From Mycobacterium tuberculosis H37Rv (GTDB lineage Bacteria > Actinomycetota > Actinomycetes > Mycobacteriales > Mycobacteriaceae), in contig NC_000962.3 in assembly GCF_000195955.2 (NCBI RefSeq), positions 2,340,001 to 2,372,000 on the forward strand: a stretch of DNA of 32,000 bases, in the 5' to 3' direction. The number at the start of each line of letters is the position of its first letter. The first letter of the stretch is position 1. The notes beneath the pieces were generated by a model that saw only the letters and a list, made by a program, of their open reading frames with translations, had not been told where the DNA came from and ran no database searches. The translations under genes and the position numbers were made by a program. Below, in pieces: positions 9,334-20,239 of this stretch.

Positions 9334-12054
9334 CTACCCGGCGTCAACCGCGACGACGCCGCGCCGAATGTCACCGATAGCGCGCTTTGCGGTAGCCCGC
9401 AGTTCGGGGTTGGGCGCAGCGTTACGAACTTGGTCCAGCAGATCGAGCACCTGACGGCACCAACGCACGAAATCCCCTGCCAATAACGGTGATCCGCTGC
9501 CGTTCACGTCGGCAGCGGCCAATGCCGCCGCTAGATCACCGGTTCGCGACCAGCGGTAGATGACTCTGACAAAGCCATCGTCGGGTTCGCGACTCGGGGT
9601 GATGCGGTGTGCCTGCTCGTCGGCGCGCAATGTCGTGGACAGCCTTGATGTCTGAGTCAGAGCCTGCCGTAACCGCGGTGTGGGCACATCGGCTCCGAAC
9701 GGGGCGCCCTGGCCGTCACCACCGCGCGTCTCGTAGACCACCGCCGACACCACCCCCGCCAATTCGGCCGGCTTTAAACCCTCCCACGCACCTGTACGTA
9801 GGCACTCGGCCACCAACAGGTCGCTCTCGCTGTAAATCCGCGCCAGCAGCCGGCCGTCGTCGGTGACCACGGGATCAGTGGCCGGGCCATCGATGAACTC
9901 CCGTTCGGTGAGCAGCCCGACGAATCGGTCGAACGTGCGGGCCAACGAGTTGGTGGCGGCGGCGACCTTCCTCTCTAATTGCGCGTTGTCGCGTTCGATG
10001 CGTAAGTAACGCTCGGCCTGGCGGATCTGGTCCTCGAGCCCGGGCGAGGTATGCACCGGATGACGGCGCAATTGTTCGCGCGACGACTCCAGCTCCGGAT
10101 CGTGAAACCCGCCGGCCTCGCTGACGCGCCGGGCGGCTGGAATAACCAGACCCGCGGCTGCCGATCGCAGCGCCGAGGCCAGGTCACGCCGGACCCGCGG
10201 CTGGCGGTGCTCCACCCGCTTGGGCAGCGTCATCGACCCCACCGGCGTCGTGCCCGAGTAGTCGGCCGAGGAGATCCGTCCCGCCCATCGGTGTTCGGTT
10301 AGCACCAGCGGACGCGGGTCGTCGCGGTCGCGGGCTGATTCCAGGACGACGGCCAGACCACCGCGGCGGCCGTGGGTGATGGTGATGATGTCACCGCGGC
10401 GCAGCGCGGCCAGCGCATCGGTGGCCGCCTGCCGTCGCTGTAACCGCGACGCGCGGGCCTGCGCACGTTCCAGCTCGGACACCCGCGCGCGCAATCGAGC
10501 GTATTCGAGGATGGGCGCATCAGATCCGCCCAGTTCGGCTGCGATCTCGCCGAGTATCCTGTTGCCCCGCTCAATTCCGCGGACCAGTCCGACCACGGAT
10601 CGGTCGGCCTGATATTGGGCGAACGACTGCTCGAGCAGTCGGTGCGCCTGTTGCGGACCCATCCGGTGCACCAGGTTGATCGTCATGTTGTACGACGGGG
10701 CAAACGAGCTGCGCAGCGGAAAGGTGCGGGTGGAGGCCAGGCCCGCCACCTCGGACGGTTCAATTTCCGGGTGCCAGATCACCACCGCGTGACCCTCGAC
10801 GTCGATACCGCGCCGGCCGGCGCGACCGGTCAGTTGGGTGTACTCCCCCGGCGTCAGCGGCATGTGCTGCTCACCGTTGAACTTCACCAGCCGCTCCAGC
10901 ACCACCGTGCGGGCCGGCATGTTGATACCGAGCGCCAGAGTCTCGGTGGCGAATACAGCCTTGACCAAACCGGCGGTGAACAGCTCCTCCACCGTGTGCC
11001 GGAAGGCCGGCAACATGCCCGCGTGGTGGGCGGCCAGACCGCGCAGTAACCCTTCCCGCCATTCGTAGTAGCCGAGTACCGCCAGGTCGGAGTCGGCCAG
11101 GTCACCGCAGCGGTGGTCGATCACCTCGGCGATCCGTGCGCGCTCCTCTTCGCTGGTCAACCGCAGCGGTGACCGCAGGCATTGGGTGACCGCGGCGTCA
11201 CAACCGGCCCGGGAGAACACGAAGGTGATCGCCGGCAACAGCCCTTCAGCGTCGAGTTTGGCGATCACCTCGGGTCGGCCGGGTGGCCGGTAGAAGCCGG
11301 GCCGGCCCGAGCCTCGGCGCCGAGGCTGCCAATCGGCCATCCGGTCGGCCTCACGGCGATGCGCGATGTGGCGCAGCAACTCGCGGTTGACTTGGGGCTG
11401 CCCTTCGGCTTCGCCGATCCGGTAATCGAACAGGTCGAACATGCGCTTGCCCACCAAGACGTGTTGCCACAACGGCACCGGCCGATGCTCGTCGACCACC
11501 ACCGTGGTGTCGCCCCGCACCGTCTGGATCCAACCGCCGAACTCCTCGGCGTTGCTCACCGTCGCCGACAGGCTGACCACCCGCACGTCGTCGGGCAGTT
11601 GCAGGATCACCTCCTCCCACACCGGACCCCGCATCCGGTCGGCGAGGAAATGCACCTCATCCATCACCACATAGGAAAGCCCCTGCAGCGCAGGCGAATC
11701 CGCGTAGAGCATGTTGCGCAGCACTTCGGTGGTCATCACCACCACCGGCGCGTTGCCGTTGACCGACAGGTCACCGGTCAGCAGCCCGATCTGGTCACGG
11801 CCGTAGCGTGCTGTGAGATCGGTGTGCTTTTGGTTGCTCAGGGCTTTCAGCGGCGTGGTGTAGAAACATTTACTGCCGGCCGCCAGCGCCAGGTGCACGG
11901 CGAACTCGCCGACCACCGTCTTGCCAGCGCCGGTCGGCGCGCACACCAGCACACCGTGGCCGCGTTCCAGCGCGCTGCAAGCCCGCTGCTGAAAGTCGTC
12001 GAGCGAGAACGGTAGTTCCGCGGTGAACCGGTCCAGCTCGGCCAGCTCAGTCAC
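9334..12054 (-). CDS. helY: ATP-dependent DEAD/DEAH helicase HelY (Ski2-like)
   Basis: VLVCAPTGAGKTVVGEFAVHLAL, VVMDEVHFL, VVSLSATVSN, FATETLALGINMPARTVV, QLTGRAGRRGID motifs. Confidence 0.96.
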   Translation of the reverse strand: MTELAELDRFTAELPFSLDDFQQRACSALERGHGVLVCAPTGAGKTVVGEFAVHLALAAGSKCFYTTPLKALSNQKHTDLTARYGRDQIGLLTGDLSVNGNAPVVVMTTEVLRNMLYADSPALQGLSYVVMDEVHFLADRMRGPVWEEVILQLPDDVRVVSLSATVSNAEEFGGWIQTVRGDTTVVVDEHRPVPLWQHVLVGKRMFDLFDYRIGEAEGQPQVNRELLRHIAHRREADRMADWQPRRRGSGRPGFYRPPGRPEVIAKLDAEGLLPAITFVFSRAGCDAAVTQCLRSPLRLTSEEERARIAEVIDHRCGDLADSDLAVLGYYEWREGLLRGLAAHHAGMLPAFRHTVEELFTAGLVKAVFATETLALGINMPARTVVLERLVKFNGEQHMPLTPGEYTQLTGRAGRRGIDVEGHAVVIWHPEIEPSEVAGLASTRTFPLRSSFAPSYNMTINLVHRMGPQQAHRLLEQSFAQYQADRSVVGLVRGIERGNRILGEIAAELGGSDAPILEYARLRARVSELERAQARASRLQRRQAATDALAALRRGDIITITHGRRGGLAVVLESARDRDDPRPLVLTEHRWAGRISSADYSGTTPVGSMTLPKRVEHRQPRVRRDLASALRSAAAGLVIPAARRVSEAGGFHDPELESSREQLRRHPVHTSPGLEDQIRQAERYLRIERDNAQLERKVAAATNSLARTFDRFVGLLTEREFIDGPATDPVVTDDGRLLARIYSESDLLVAECLRTGAWEGLKPAELAGVVSAVVYETRGGDGQGAPFGADVPTPRLRQALTQTSRLSTTLRADEQAHRITPSREPDDGFVRVIYRWSRTGDLAAALAAADVNGSGSPLLAGDFVRWCRQVLDLLDQVRNAAPNPELRATAKRAIGDIRRGVVAVDAG

Positions 12055-12102
12055 GTCGCCGCCGCCTCGCCAGTTGACCGCGCCCGCTCGCGGCTAGCGG
12101 GC

Positions 12103-13297
<1,195 letters not shown>

Positions 13298-13364
13298 TTT
13301 GATTACCTCCAGACGTTGACCCGATGCTACCGCAGCGGCCGCGGCACCCGGAGATTTCGCGCCG

Positions 13365-14315
13365 TCACGGCGGCGCAGCTGCCTGGTATGCATCCAGCGC
13401 GGCCGTCGCGGCGTCGCGAACCCGCTGAGCGAGCGACTCCGGCGCCAGAACGCGCACGTCCGAACCGAAGCCCAGCAATAGGCGCGTCATCCAATCCTCA
13501 GAGGCGTAGGTCATGGCCACCTCACAGGAGCCGTCCGGCAGCTGTCGTAGCTCCCGAATCGGGTAGTACTCCAGCATCCACGAGGCCGACGGTGCCACCC
13601 GCAACGTCGCCGACGGCAGCGATAGGTCACCGTCGAACAGCGACGTGTCCGGTGGCGCCTGCCGTGCCGATTCCGGCGGAACCGCGGGCTCGCCCAACTC
13701 GGCGGCATCGACAATCCGGTCGAAACGGAACAGGCGAACCCCTTCGGCCTCACGCGACCAGGCCTCCAAATAGCTGTGCCCGCCGATCAACAGCACCCGG
13801 ATGGGATCCACGATCCGAGTGGTGAGGGTGTCATGCGACGCGGCGTAATAGTCGATGGTCAGCGCCCGACTGTTCCGCACCGCGGCCCGTACGGCCGCGG
13901 CGGCCGGGCTTTCTGTGGGTGCCTGTTCGGCAACGGCGGCCACCGCGCCGGCCGCGGCGGCGATCTTGGCGATGGCGCTGCGCGCCGCCTGCGGGTCAAC
14001 CACGCCGGGAATGTCCGCTAGCGCCCGCAACGCCACCAGCAGCCCGGTGGCCTCCGGCGATGTGAGCTTTAACGGCCGGTCGATGCCCGCCGAGAACGTC
14101 ACCTCGATGGTGTCACCGCAGAATTCGAAGTCGATGAGGTCACCCGGGGAATAGCCCGGAAGGCCGCACATCCACAGCTGGTTGAGGTCCTCCTCCAGCT
14201 GCTTGGCGGTGACACCCAGCTCGGCGGCGGCCTCGGCGCGGGTGATCCGGGGGTTGGCCTGGAAGTACGGCACCATGTTGAGCAGCCGCACCAGCCGGGT
14301 GGACAGGGCGCTCAT
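13365..14315 (-). CDS. pafC: WYL/HTH transcriptional regulator PafC
   Basis: N-terminal HTH plus WYL-type domain (SRALTIDYYAASHDTLTTRIVDPIRVLLIGGHSYLEAWSREAEGVRLFRFDRI); 4-bp overlap with pafB. Confidence 0.95.
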   Translation of the reverse strand: MSALSTRLVRLLNMVPYFQANPRITRAEAAAELGVTAKQLEEDLNQLWMCGLPGYSPGDLIDFEFCGDTIEVTFSAGIDRPLKLTSPEATGLLVALRALADIPGVVDPQAARSAIAKIAAAAGAVAAVAEQAPTESPAAAAVRAAVRNSRALTIDYYAASHDTLTTRIVDPIRVLLIGGHSYLEAWSREAEGVRLFRFDRIVDAAELGEPAVPPESARQAPPDTSLFDGDLSLPSATLRVAPSASWMLEYYPIRELRQLPDGSCEVAMTYASEDWMTRLLLGFGSDVRVLAPESLAQRVRDAATAALDAYQAAAPP

Positions 14316-15310
14316 GCCAGTGCTCCGGCTTGCGCGCGTAGTCGGGCCAGCACATCGTCGCGCAGAGACCCGGGCTGCAGCACGATTGCGTCGGCCCCAT
14401 AGCCGGTGATCTCACGCGCCAGCCGGTCGCTGGATCGAATCTCAAGCTCGATCACCTCGCCATCGCGACCACCAAGTTGTCGCGGCCCGGCGGACCGCCC
14501 GGCACGTCGCAACGCGGTGGCCCGACCCTCGGCTACCCATACCGTGGCTTGCTCACCGGTCGGCACCTCCGTCACCTTCTGCGCCACGATGCTGCGTAGG
14601 TCCACACCGGCAGGCACGGTGGTTGCGCCGGCCGGCCCGATTGGCGTCACCTGCGCTCCGATCCGGGACAGCCGGAAGACGCGGGTTGCATCCCGGTCGC
14701 GGTCGTGGCCGACCAGATACCAGCGGCCCTTCTCGGTAACCACACCCCACGGCTCGACGGTCCGAACGGTGTACGGCTCTGCGCGCGACGATCGATGAGA
14801 GAACTGCACCACCTGCCCGGAATCGATGGCCGACAACAAGATTCCGAGAACGTCCTCAGAGCCGCGCAGTCCCGAAACGGCCGCCGCCGACGCGATGGCC
14901 ACCGGTGCCCCGGTATCCAAGGGATCGACGTCCACCCCGGCGGCCCGCAGCTTCAGCAACGCGCCCTGGGTCGCGGTGATCAACTCCGGTGACTCCCACA
15001 GCTGGGTGGCGACGGCTACCGCGGCCGCCTCATCCGGGGTCAGCTCGACAGGCGACAGGGCGTAGGCGTCGCGGTTGATGCGATAGCCCTCGGTGGGCTC
15101 CAACGCCGAGACCCTGCCGACCTCGAGCGGAATGCCGAGGTCACGCAGCTCGTTCTTGTCGCGCTCGAACATCCGGGAGAACGCCTCAACGCTGGGGCTG
15201 TCCGAATAGCCTGCCACGCTGGACCTGATCTTCTCCGCAGTGATGTAGCCACGAGTGGACAGCAAGGCTATGACGAGATTGACCAGCCGTTCGACTTTCG
15301 AGGTCGCCAT
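14312..15310 (-). CDS. pafB: WYL/HTH transcriptional regulator PafB
   Basis: MATSKVERLVNLVIALLSTRGYITAEKIRSSV...; QFSHRSSRAEPYTVRTVEPWGVVTEKGRWYLVGHDRDRDATRVFRLSRI; upstream of pafC in tandem. Confidence 0.95.
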   Translation of the reverse strand: MATSKVERLVNLVIALLSTRGYITAEKIRSSVAGYSDSPSVEAFSRMFERDKNELRDLGIPLEVGRVSALEPTEGYRINRDAYALSPVELTPDEAAAVAVATQLWESPELITATQGALLKLRAAGVDVDPLDTGAPVAIASAAAVSGLRGSEDVLGILLSAIDSGQVVQFSHRSSRAEPYTVRTVEPWGVVTEKGRWYLVGHDRDRDATRVFRLSRIGAQVTPIGPAGATTVPAGVDLRSIVAQKVTEVPTGEQATVWVAEGRATALRRAGRSAGPRQLGGRDGEVIELEIRSSDRLAREITGYGADAIVLQPGSLRDDVLARLRAQAGALA

Positions 15311-15318
15311 TGGTGGTG

Positions 15319-16677
15319 CTACATGCTCGCGATCAGCCGCTTAACCCGCTCATCGACCGCCCGGAACGGGTCTTTGCACAGCACGGTGCGCTGCGCCTGG
15401 TCGTTGAGTTTGAGATGTACCCAGTCGACGGTGAAATCACGTCCCGCCTCCTGCGCGGCGCTGATGAACTCACCGCGCAGCCGGGCCCGGGTGGTCTGTG
15501 GGGGCTGATCGACGGCCTCCGCGATTTCTTCGTCGGTGGTGACGCGCGCGGCCAACCCTTTGCGCTGCAGGAGATCAAAGATCCCGCGTCCGCGCTTGAT
15601 GTCGTGGTAGGCCAGATCCAGCTGAGCGATCTTCGGGTGGGACAACTCCATGTCATAGCGGTCCTGATAACGCTGAAACAGCTTGCGTTTGATCACCCAG
15701 TCGATTTCGGTGTCGACCTTGGCGAAATCCTGGCTTTCGACGGCATCGAGTTGGCGGCCCCACAGGTCGACGACCTGCTCGATCTGCGCGTTGGGCTCCC
15801 GAGTCTGCAAGTGCTCGACTGCGCGGGTGTAGTACTCCCGCTGGATGTCCAGCGCGCTGGCCTGACGGCCTCCGGCCAACCGCACCGGCCGGCGACCGGT
15901 GACATCATGGCTAACCTCACGGATGGCGCGGATCGGGTTATCCAGGGAAAAATCACGGAAGGCGACTCCACTTTCGATCATTTCCAGCACGAGCGCCGCG
16001 GTGCCCACCTTGAGCATGGTGGTGGTCTCGGACATGTTGGAGTCGCCGACGATGACGTGCAGCCGCCGGTACTTCTCGGCGTCGGCATGTGGCTCGTCGC
16101 GGGTGTTGATAATGGGGCGGGATCGGGTCGTGGCGCTAGAGACGCCCTCCCAAATGTGTTCGGCGCGTTGGCTTAAGCAGTAGGTGGCGGCCTTGGGGGT
16201 CTGCAGCACCTTGCCGGCCCCGCAGATCAGCTGGCGGGTGACCAGGAAGGGCAGCAGCACGTCGGAGATCCGGGAGAACTCACCGGCCCGCACGATCAGG
16301 TAGTTTTCGTGGCAGCCGTAGGAGTTGCCCGCCGAATCGGTGTTGTTCTTGAACAGGTAGATGTCGCCGCCGATGCCCTCGTCGGCCAGCCGCTGCTCGG
16401 CGTCAACGAGCAGGTCTTCCAGCACCCATTCACCGGCCCGGTCATGGGTGACCAGCTGCACCAGGCTGTCGCATTCGGCGGTGGCGTACTCGGGATGACT
16501 GCCCACGTCGAGATACAGGCGCGCACCGTTACGCAGGAAGACGTTGGAGCTGCGGCCCCAGGACACCACACGGCGAAACAGGTAGCGGGCCACCTCGTCC
16601 GGGGACAGCCGACGGTGACCGTGAAATGTGCAGGTGACACCGAACTCGGTTTCGATGCCCATGATTCGACGCTGCAC
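15319..16677 (-). CDS. pafA: Pup-protein ligase PafA
   Basis: [34 protein letters not shown]...; [21 protein letters not shown]; paralogous to the dop sequence at the right edge. Confidence 0.97.
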
Positions 16678-16728
16678 GTATTTGAGGGTACTGGTTGTTG
16701 GTTGGCGGCGGCGCGATAGCCACGCCCG

Positions 16729-17901
16729 TTACCCGTCCGGGCCGGACGGGCCGGGGACTCCGAACAGCAGCCCGCCGGTGCCGCCGCTGCCGCCGGGCCC
16801 CGCGGCCCCGTCCGGAGTACCGGGTCCGCCGGCGGCGCCAGCCCCACCGGCGCCACCGTCGCCGAACAAGATGGCGGTGCCGCCGTGCCCGCCGACACCG
16901 CCCGGCCCGCCGGGCGAGGTGGTGTTCATGCCGGGCCCCCCTTGGCCGGCGGCCCCGCCGGCGCCACCGTTGCCGTACCACACGCCGCCGTTGCCACCGC
17001 TGCCGCCGGGGTTGCCCGCGCCCCCGACGCCACCGCTGCTGACCGAGCCAGGCGCGCCGCTCCCGCCGCTACCGCCGGCACCACCGTTGCCGATGAGCCG
17101 CGCGCTGCCGCCGTTGCCGGCGTTGGTGGAGCCAATAAATGGCAGCCCCCCATTACCGCCGTCGCCGCCGCCGCCGCCATCGCCGTACAGCCACCCGCCG
17201 ACCCCACCGTCGCCGCCGCGACTACCTACCTGGAACAGGCGCGCACCGAGCCCTGGGTCGCCGCCGTTGCCGCCGCCGCCGCCGCCGACACCAATCAGCC
17301 CCGCGTCGCCGCCCCGGCCACCGCTGCCGCCCAACCCGGCGAAACCGTCGCTGGAGACGCCGGTACCTGCATCGCCACCGTTGCCGCCGGAACCGGCCGC
17401 CCCTCCATTGCCGTACAGCAGCCCGCCGGCGCCACCGAACTGGCCGAAGCCGCCACTGCCGCCACTGCCGCCGGCCTTGCCGCTCCCGCCGTGCCCACCG
17501 TCCCCACCGTTTCCGCCGGCACCGCCGTGACCGATCAGCCCCGCCCGTCCACCCAAACCGCCATCGCCTCCCCCGCCGCCAGCACCGAGGTCTCCCACAC
17601 CGTTGTCACCGGTACCGCCGACTCCCCCGGCACCCCCGTTGCCCAGCAGCAATCCGCCCAGGCCGCCATTGCCTCCTGCACCGCCGGGCGCACCGTTGCC
17701 GCCCCTGCCGCCGTTGCCGATCAGCCCCGCTGACCCGCCGGCTCCCCCGGCAACCCCGGGGCTCGTGCTGTCGCCACCGTTGCCGCCGTTGCCCCACAAG
17801 ATGCCGCCGTCCCCGCCGGGCTGTCCCACCGGACCACTGGCCCCGTCGGCGCCGTCGCCGACCAGCGGACGCCCCAGCAGCGTCTGGGTGGGCGCGTTCA
17901 C
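16729..17901 (-). CDS. PE_PGRS36: PE_PGRS family protein, PGRS part (PE_PGRS36-like); homologous frame is open upstream to about 18030
   Basis: Gly-Gly-Ala/Gly-Gly-X repeats ([14 protein letters not shown]...), [19 protein letters not shown] linker typical of PE_PGRS. Upstream in-frame sequence reads [43 protein letters not shown]. Confidence 0.9.
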   Translation of the reverse strand: MNAPTQTLLGRPLVGDGADGASGPVGQPGGDGGILWGNGGNGGDSTSPGVAGGAGGSAGLIGNGGRGGNGAPGGAGGNGGLGGLLLGNGGAGGVGGTGDNGVGDLGAGGGGGDGGLGGRAGLIGHGGAGGNGGDGGHGGSGKAGGSGGSGGFGQFGGAGGLLYGNGGAAGSGGNGGDAGTGVSSDGFAGLGGSGGRGGDAGLIGVGGGGGGNGGDPGLGARLFQVGSRGGDGGVGGWLYGDGGGGGDGGNGGLPFIGSTNAGNGGSARLIGNGGAGGSGGSGAPGSVSSGGVGGAGNPGGSGGNGGVWYGNGGAGGAAGQGGPGMNTTSPGGPGGVGGHGGTAILFGDGGAGGAGAAGGPGTPDGAAGPGGSGGTGGLLFGVPGPSGPDG

Positions 17902-17906
17902 CGCGT

Positions 17907-18206
17907 TCAGCAGGTTCTGCTGCGCGTTGGCAATCTCGGCGCTCGCATATGAACCTCCACCGGCGTTAAGCAGTTGGACGAACCGGTCATGAAACGCCGC
18001 CGCCTGGGCGCTGACCGCTTGATAGCTCTGGCCTGGGCGCCAAATAGCGCCGCTATGCCCGCCGACACCTCATCGGCGGCGGGCGCCAACGCCCCCGTCG
18101 TCGGGACCGCCGCCGCCGCGTTCGCTGCCCTGATGGTCGAACGGATGGCCGCTAAATCCGTGGCCGCAGCCAGCAATGCCTCCGGGCTCGCAATCACAAA
18201 CGACAT
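17907..18206 (-). pseudogene. PE21: PE domain N-terminal fragment (PE21-like), separated from the PE_PGRS part by a frameshift
   Basis: [59 protein letters not shown], then loss of PE similarity; good RBS GGGAGG upstream. Confidence 0.85.
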
Positions 18207-18385
18207 TGCGCACCTCCCACCAACCCGCGATAACCCGGCTGCGCCGGAACCGTCGATGCGTATGGCAGGAATATCGTATTGCGATCCCCCACCCTCAGTC
18301 GGGGTGTTCGCCAGATTCGTCGCAGCTCAGCGCTGCGCCGGCGCCAGCATTGGCGATGGCTGGTGGTTAACGCGAGTGGTCGAAG

Positions 18386-20041
18386 GTGATGGCCGGGGCA
18401 CTGTTCGAACCGTCGTTCGCCGCAGCGCACCCAGCGGGGCTTCTCAGACGACCCGTGACGCGAACCGTCGTGCTGTCGGTGGCCGCTACTAGTATCGCAC
18501 ACATGTTCGAGATATCGCTGCCGGACCCGACGGAGCTGTGCCGATCCGATGATGGCGCGCTGGTGGCCGCGATCGAGGACTGCGCTCGTGTGGAGGCGGC
18601 TGCGAGCGCCCGGCGGTTGTCGGCGATCGCCGAGCTGACCGGCCGGCGCACCGGCGCGGACCAGCGGGCCGACTGGGCGTGTGACTTCTGGGACTGCGCG
18701 GCCGCGGAGGTGGCTGCGGCGTTGACTATCAGCCACGGCAAAGCCTCCGGACAAATGCATCTGAGCCTTGCCCTGAACCGGCTGCCCCAGGTGGCGGCGT
18801 TGTTTTTGGCCGGGCATCTTGGTGCGCGGCTTTTCTCGATCATCGCCTGGCGGACCTACCTCGTTCGCGACCCGCACGCACTGAGTCTGCTCGATGCCGC
18901 CCTGGCCGAACACGCCGGCGCGTGGGGGCCGCTGTCGGCCCCCAAACTGGAAAAGGCCATCGACTCCTGGATCGATCGCTACGATCCCGGGGCGCTGCGG
19001 CGCAGCCGTATCTCGGCCCGCACCCGCGACCTATGCATCGGTGATCCCGATGAGGACGCCGGCACCGCCGCGCTGTGGGGCCGGCTGTATGCCACCGACG
19101 CCGCGATGCTGGATCGCCGGCTCACCGAGATGGCCCACGGCGTGTGCGAGGATGACCCGCGCACCCTGGCCCAGCGCCGCGCCGACGCGCTGGGCGCGCT
19201 GGCCGCCGGCGCCGACCACCTGGCGTGCGGCTGCGGCAAGCCCGACTGCCCCTCCGGTGCCGGCAACGACGAGCGGGCCGCCGGTGTGGTCATCCACGTC
19301 GTCGCCGACGCCTCAGCACTTGACGCACAACCCGACCCACACCTATCCGGCGACGAACCCCCTTCGCGGCCCCTCACCCCGGAGACGACCCTGTTCGAGG
19401 CGTTGACACCCGACCCCGAACCCGATCCCCCCGCCACCCACGCGCCGGCCGAGCTGATCACCACCGGCGGCGGTGTGGTGCCCGCGCCGCTGCTGGCCGA
19501 ACTCATCCGGGGTGGGGCCACCATCAGCCAAGTGCGCCATCCCGGCGATCTCGCAGCAGAGCCGCACTACCGGCCGTCGGCCAAGCTGGCTGAATTCGTC
19601 CGGATGCGGGATTTGACGTGCCGGTTTCCCGGGTGTGACGTGCCCGCCGAGTTTTGTGATATCGACCATTCGGCGCCCTGGCCGTTGGGGCCGACGCATC
19701 CATCAAATCTGAAGTGCGCGTGTAGAAAACACCACCTTTTGAAAACTTTCTGGACGGGCTGGCGGGATGTGCAGTTACCCGATGGCACGGTCATCTGGAC
19801 CGCGCCCAACGGCCACACCTACACTACCCATCCCGGCAGCCGCATCTTCTTTCCCACCTGGCACACCACCACCGCCGAACTACCCCAAACATCAACGGCA
19901 GCAGTCAACGTCGACGCACGCGGCCTGATGATGCCGCGACGGCGCCGGACCCGAGCCGCCGAGCTGGCCCACCGCATCAACGCCGAACGCGCCCTCAACG
20001 ACGCGTACATGGCCGAACGCAACAAGCCACCATCGTTCTGA
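18386..20041 (+). CDS. 13E12 repeat-family protein (DUF222/HNH endonuclease-like), Rv2100-like
   Basis: C-terminal HNH-like motif [40 protein letters not shown]; N-terminal Ala-rich DUF222-like region. Confidence 0.85.
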
Positions 20042-20239
20042 TGGGCGGCTATTCCCACCTCATGTCAAACACCCCTTCTGGATGTCACGCCCCTTCTGGA
20101 CACCACCGACGAGTTCTCGTGTCGCCGCACCTATCCAAGAAGACCAACCGCTACGATCGGTCGATGTCGCGGCGCCGCAGTCGACGCAGGAGAACCGCGA
20201 AACGTGCCGGCCGCTCCGTCGACAAGAGAGAAGGACTGC

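Noticed and set aside
11182-12015. 277-aa plus-strand ORF antisense to helY
   Set aside because: Fully overlaps conserved helicase motifs on the other strand; typical high-GC shadow ORF.
15310-16176. 288-aa plus-strand ORF antisense to pafA
   Set aside because: Shadow ORF; pafA on the minus strand has clear family motifs over the same bases.
16628-17530. Pro-rich 300-aa plus-strand ORF across the PGRS region
   Set aside because: Reverse complement of GGN-rich PGRS codons always yields PP/SP-rich frames without stops.
16729-17800. Possible CRISPR array or novel repeat system in the dense GCC/GGC repeats
   Set aside because: Repeats are irregular, coding-phase GGA/GGN motifs of a PE_PGRS gene, with no uniform repeat-spacer architecture or cas genes.
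17974-18492. 172-aa plus-strand ORF antisense to the PE domain
   Set aside because: Mirror frame of the PE region plus intergenic DNA; no supporting features.
20051-20110. Two short CCCCTTCTGGA copies upstream of helZ as a regulatory repeat
   Set aside because: Only two 11-bp copies in a small intergenic region; could be chance and no symmetry or promoter context is evident.
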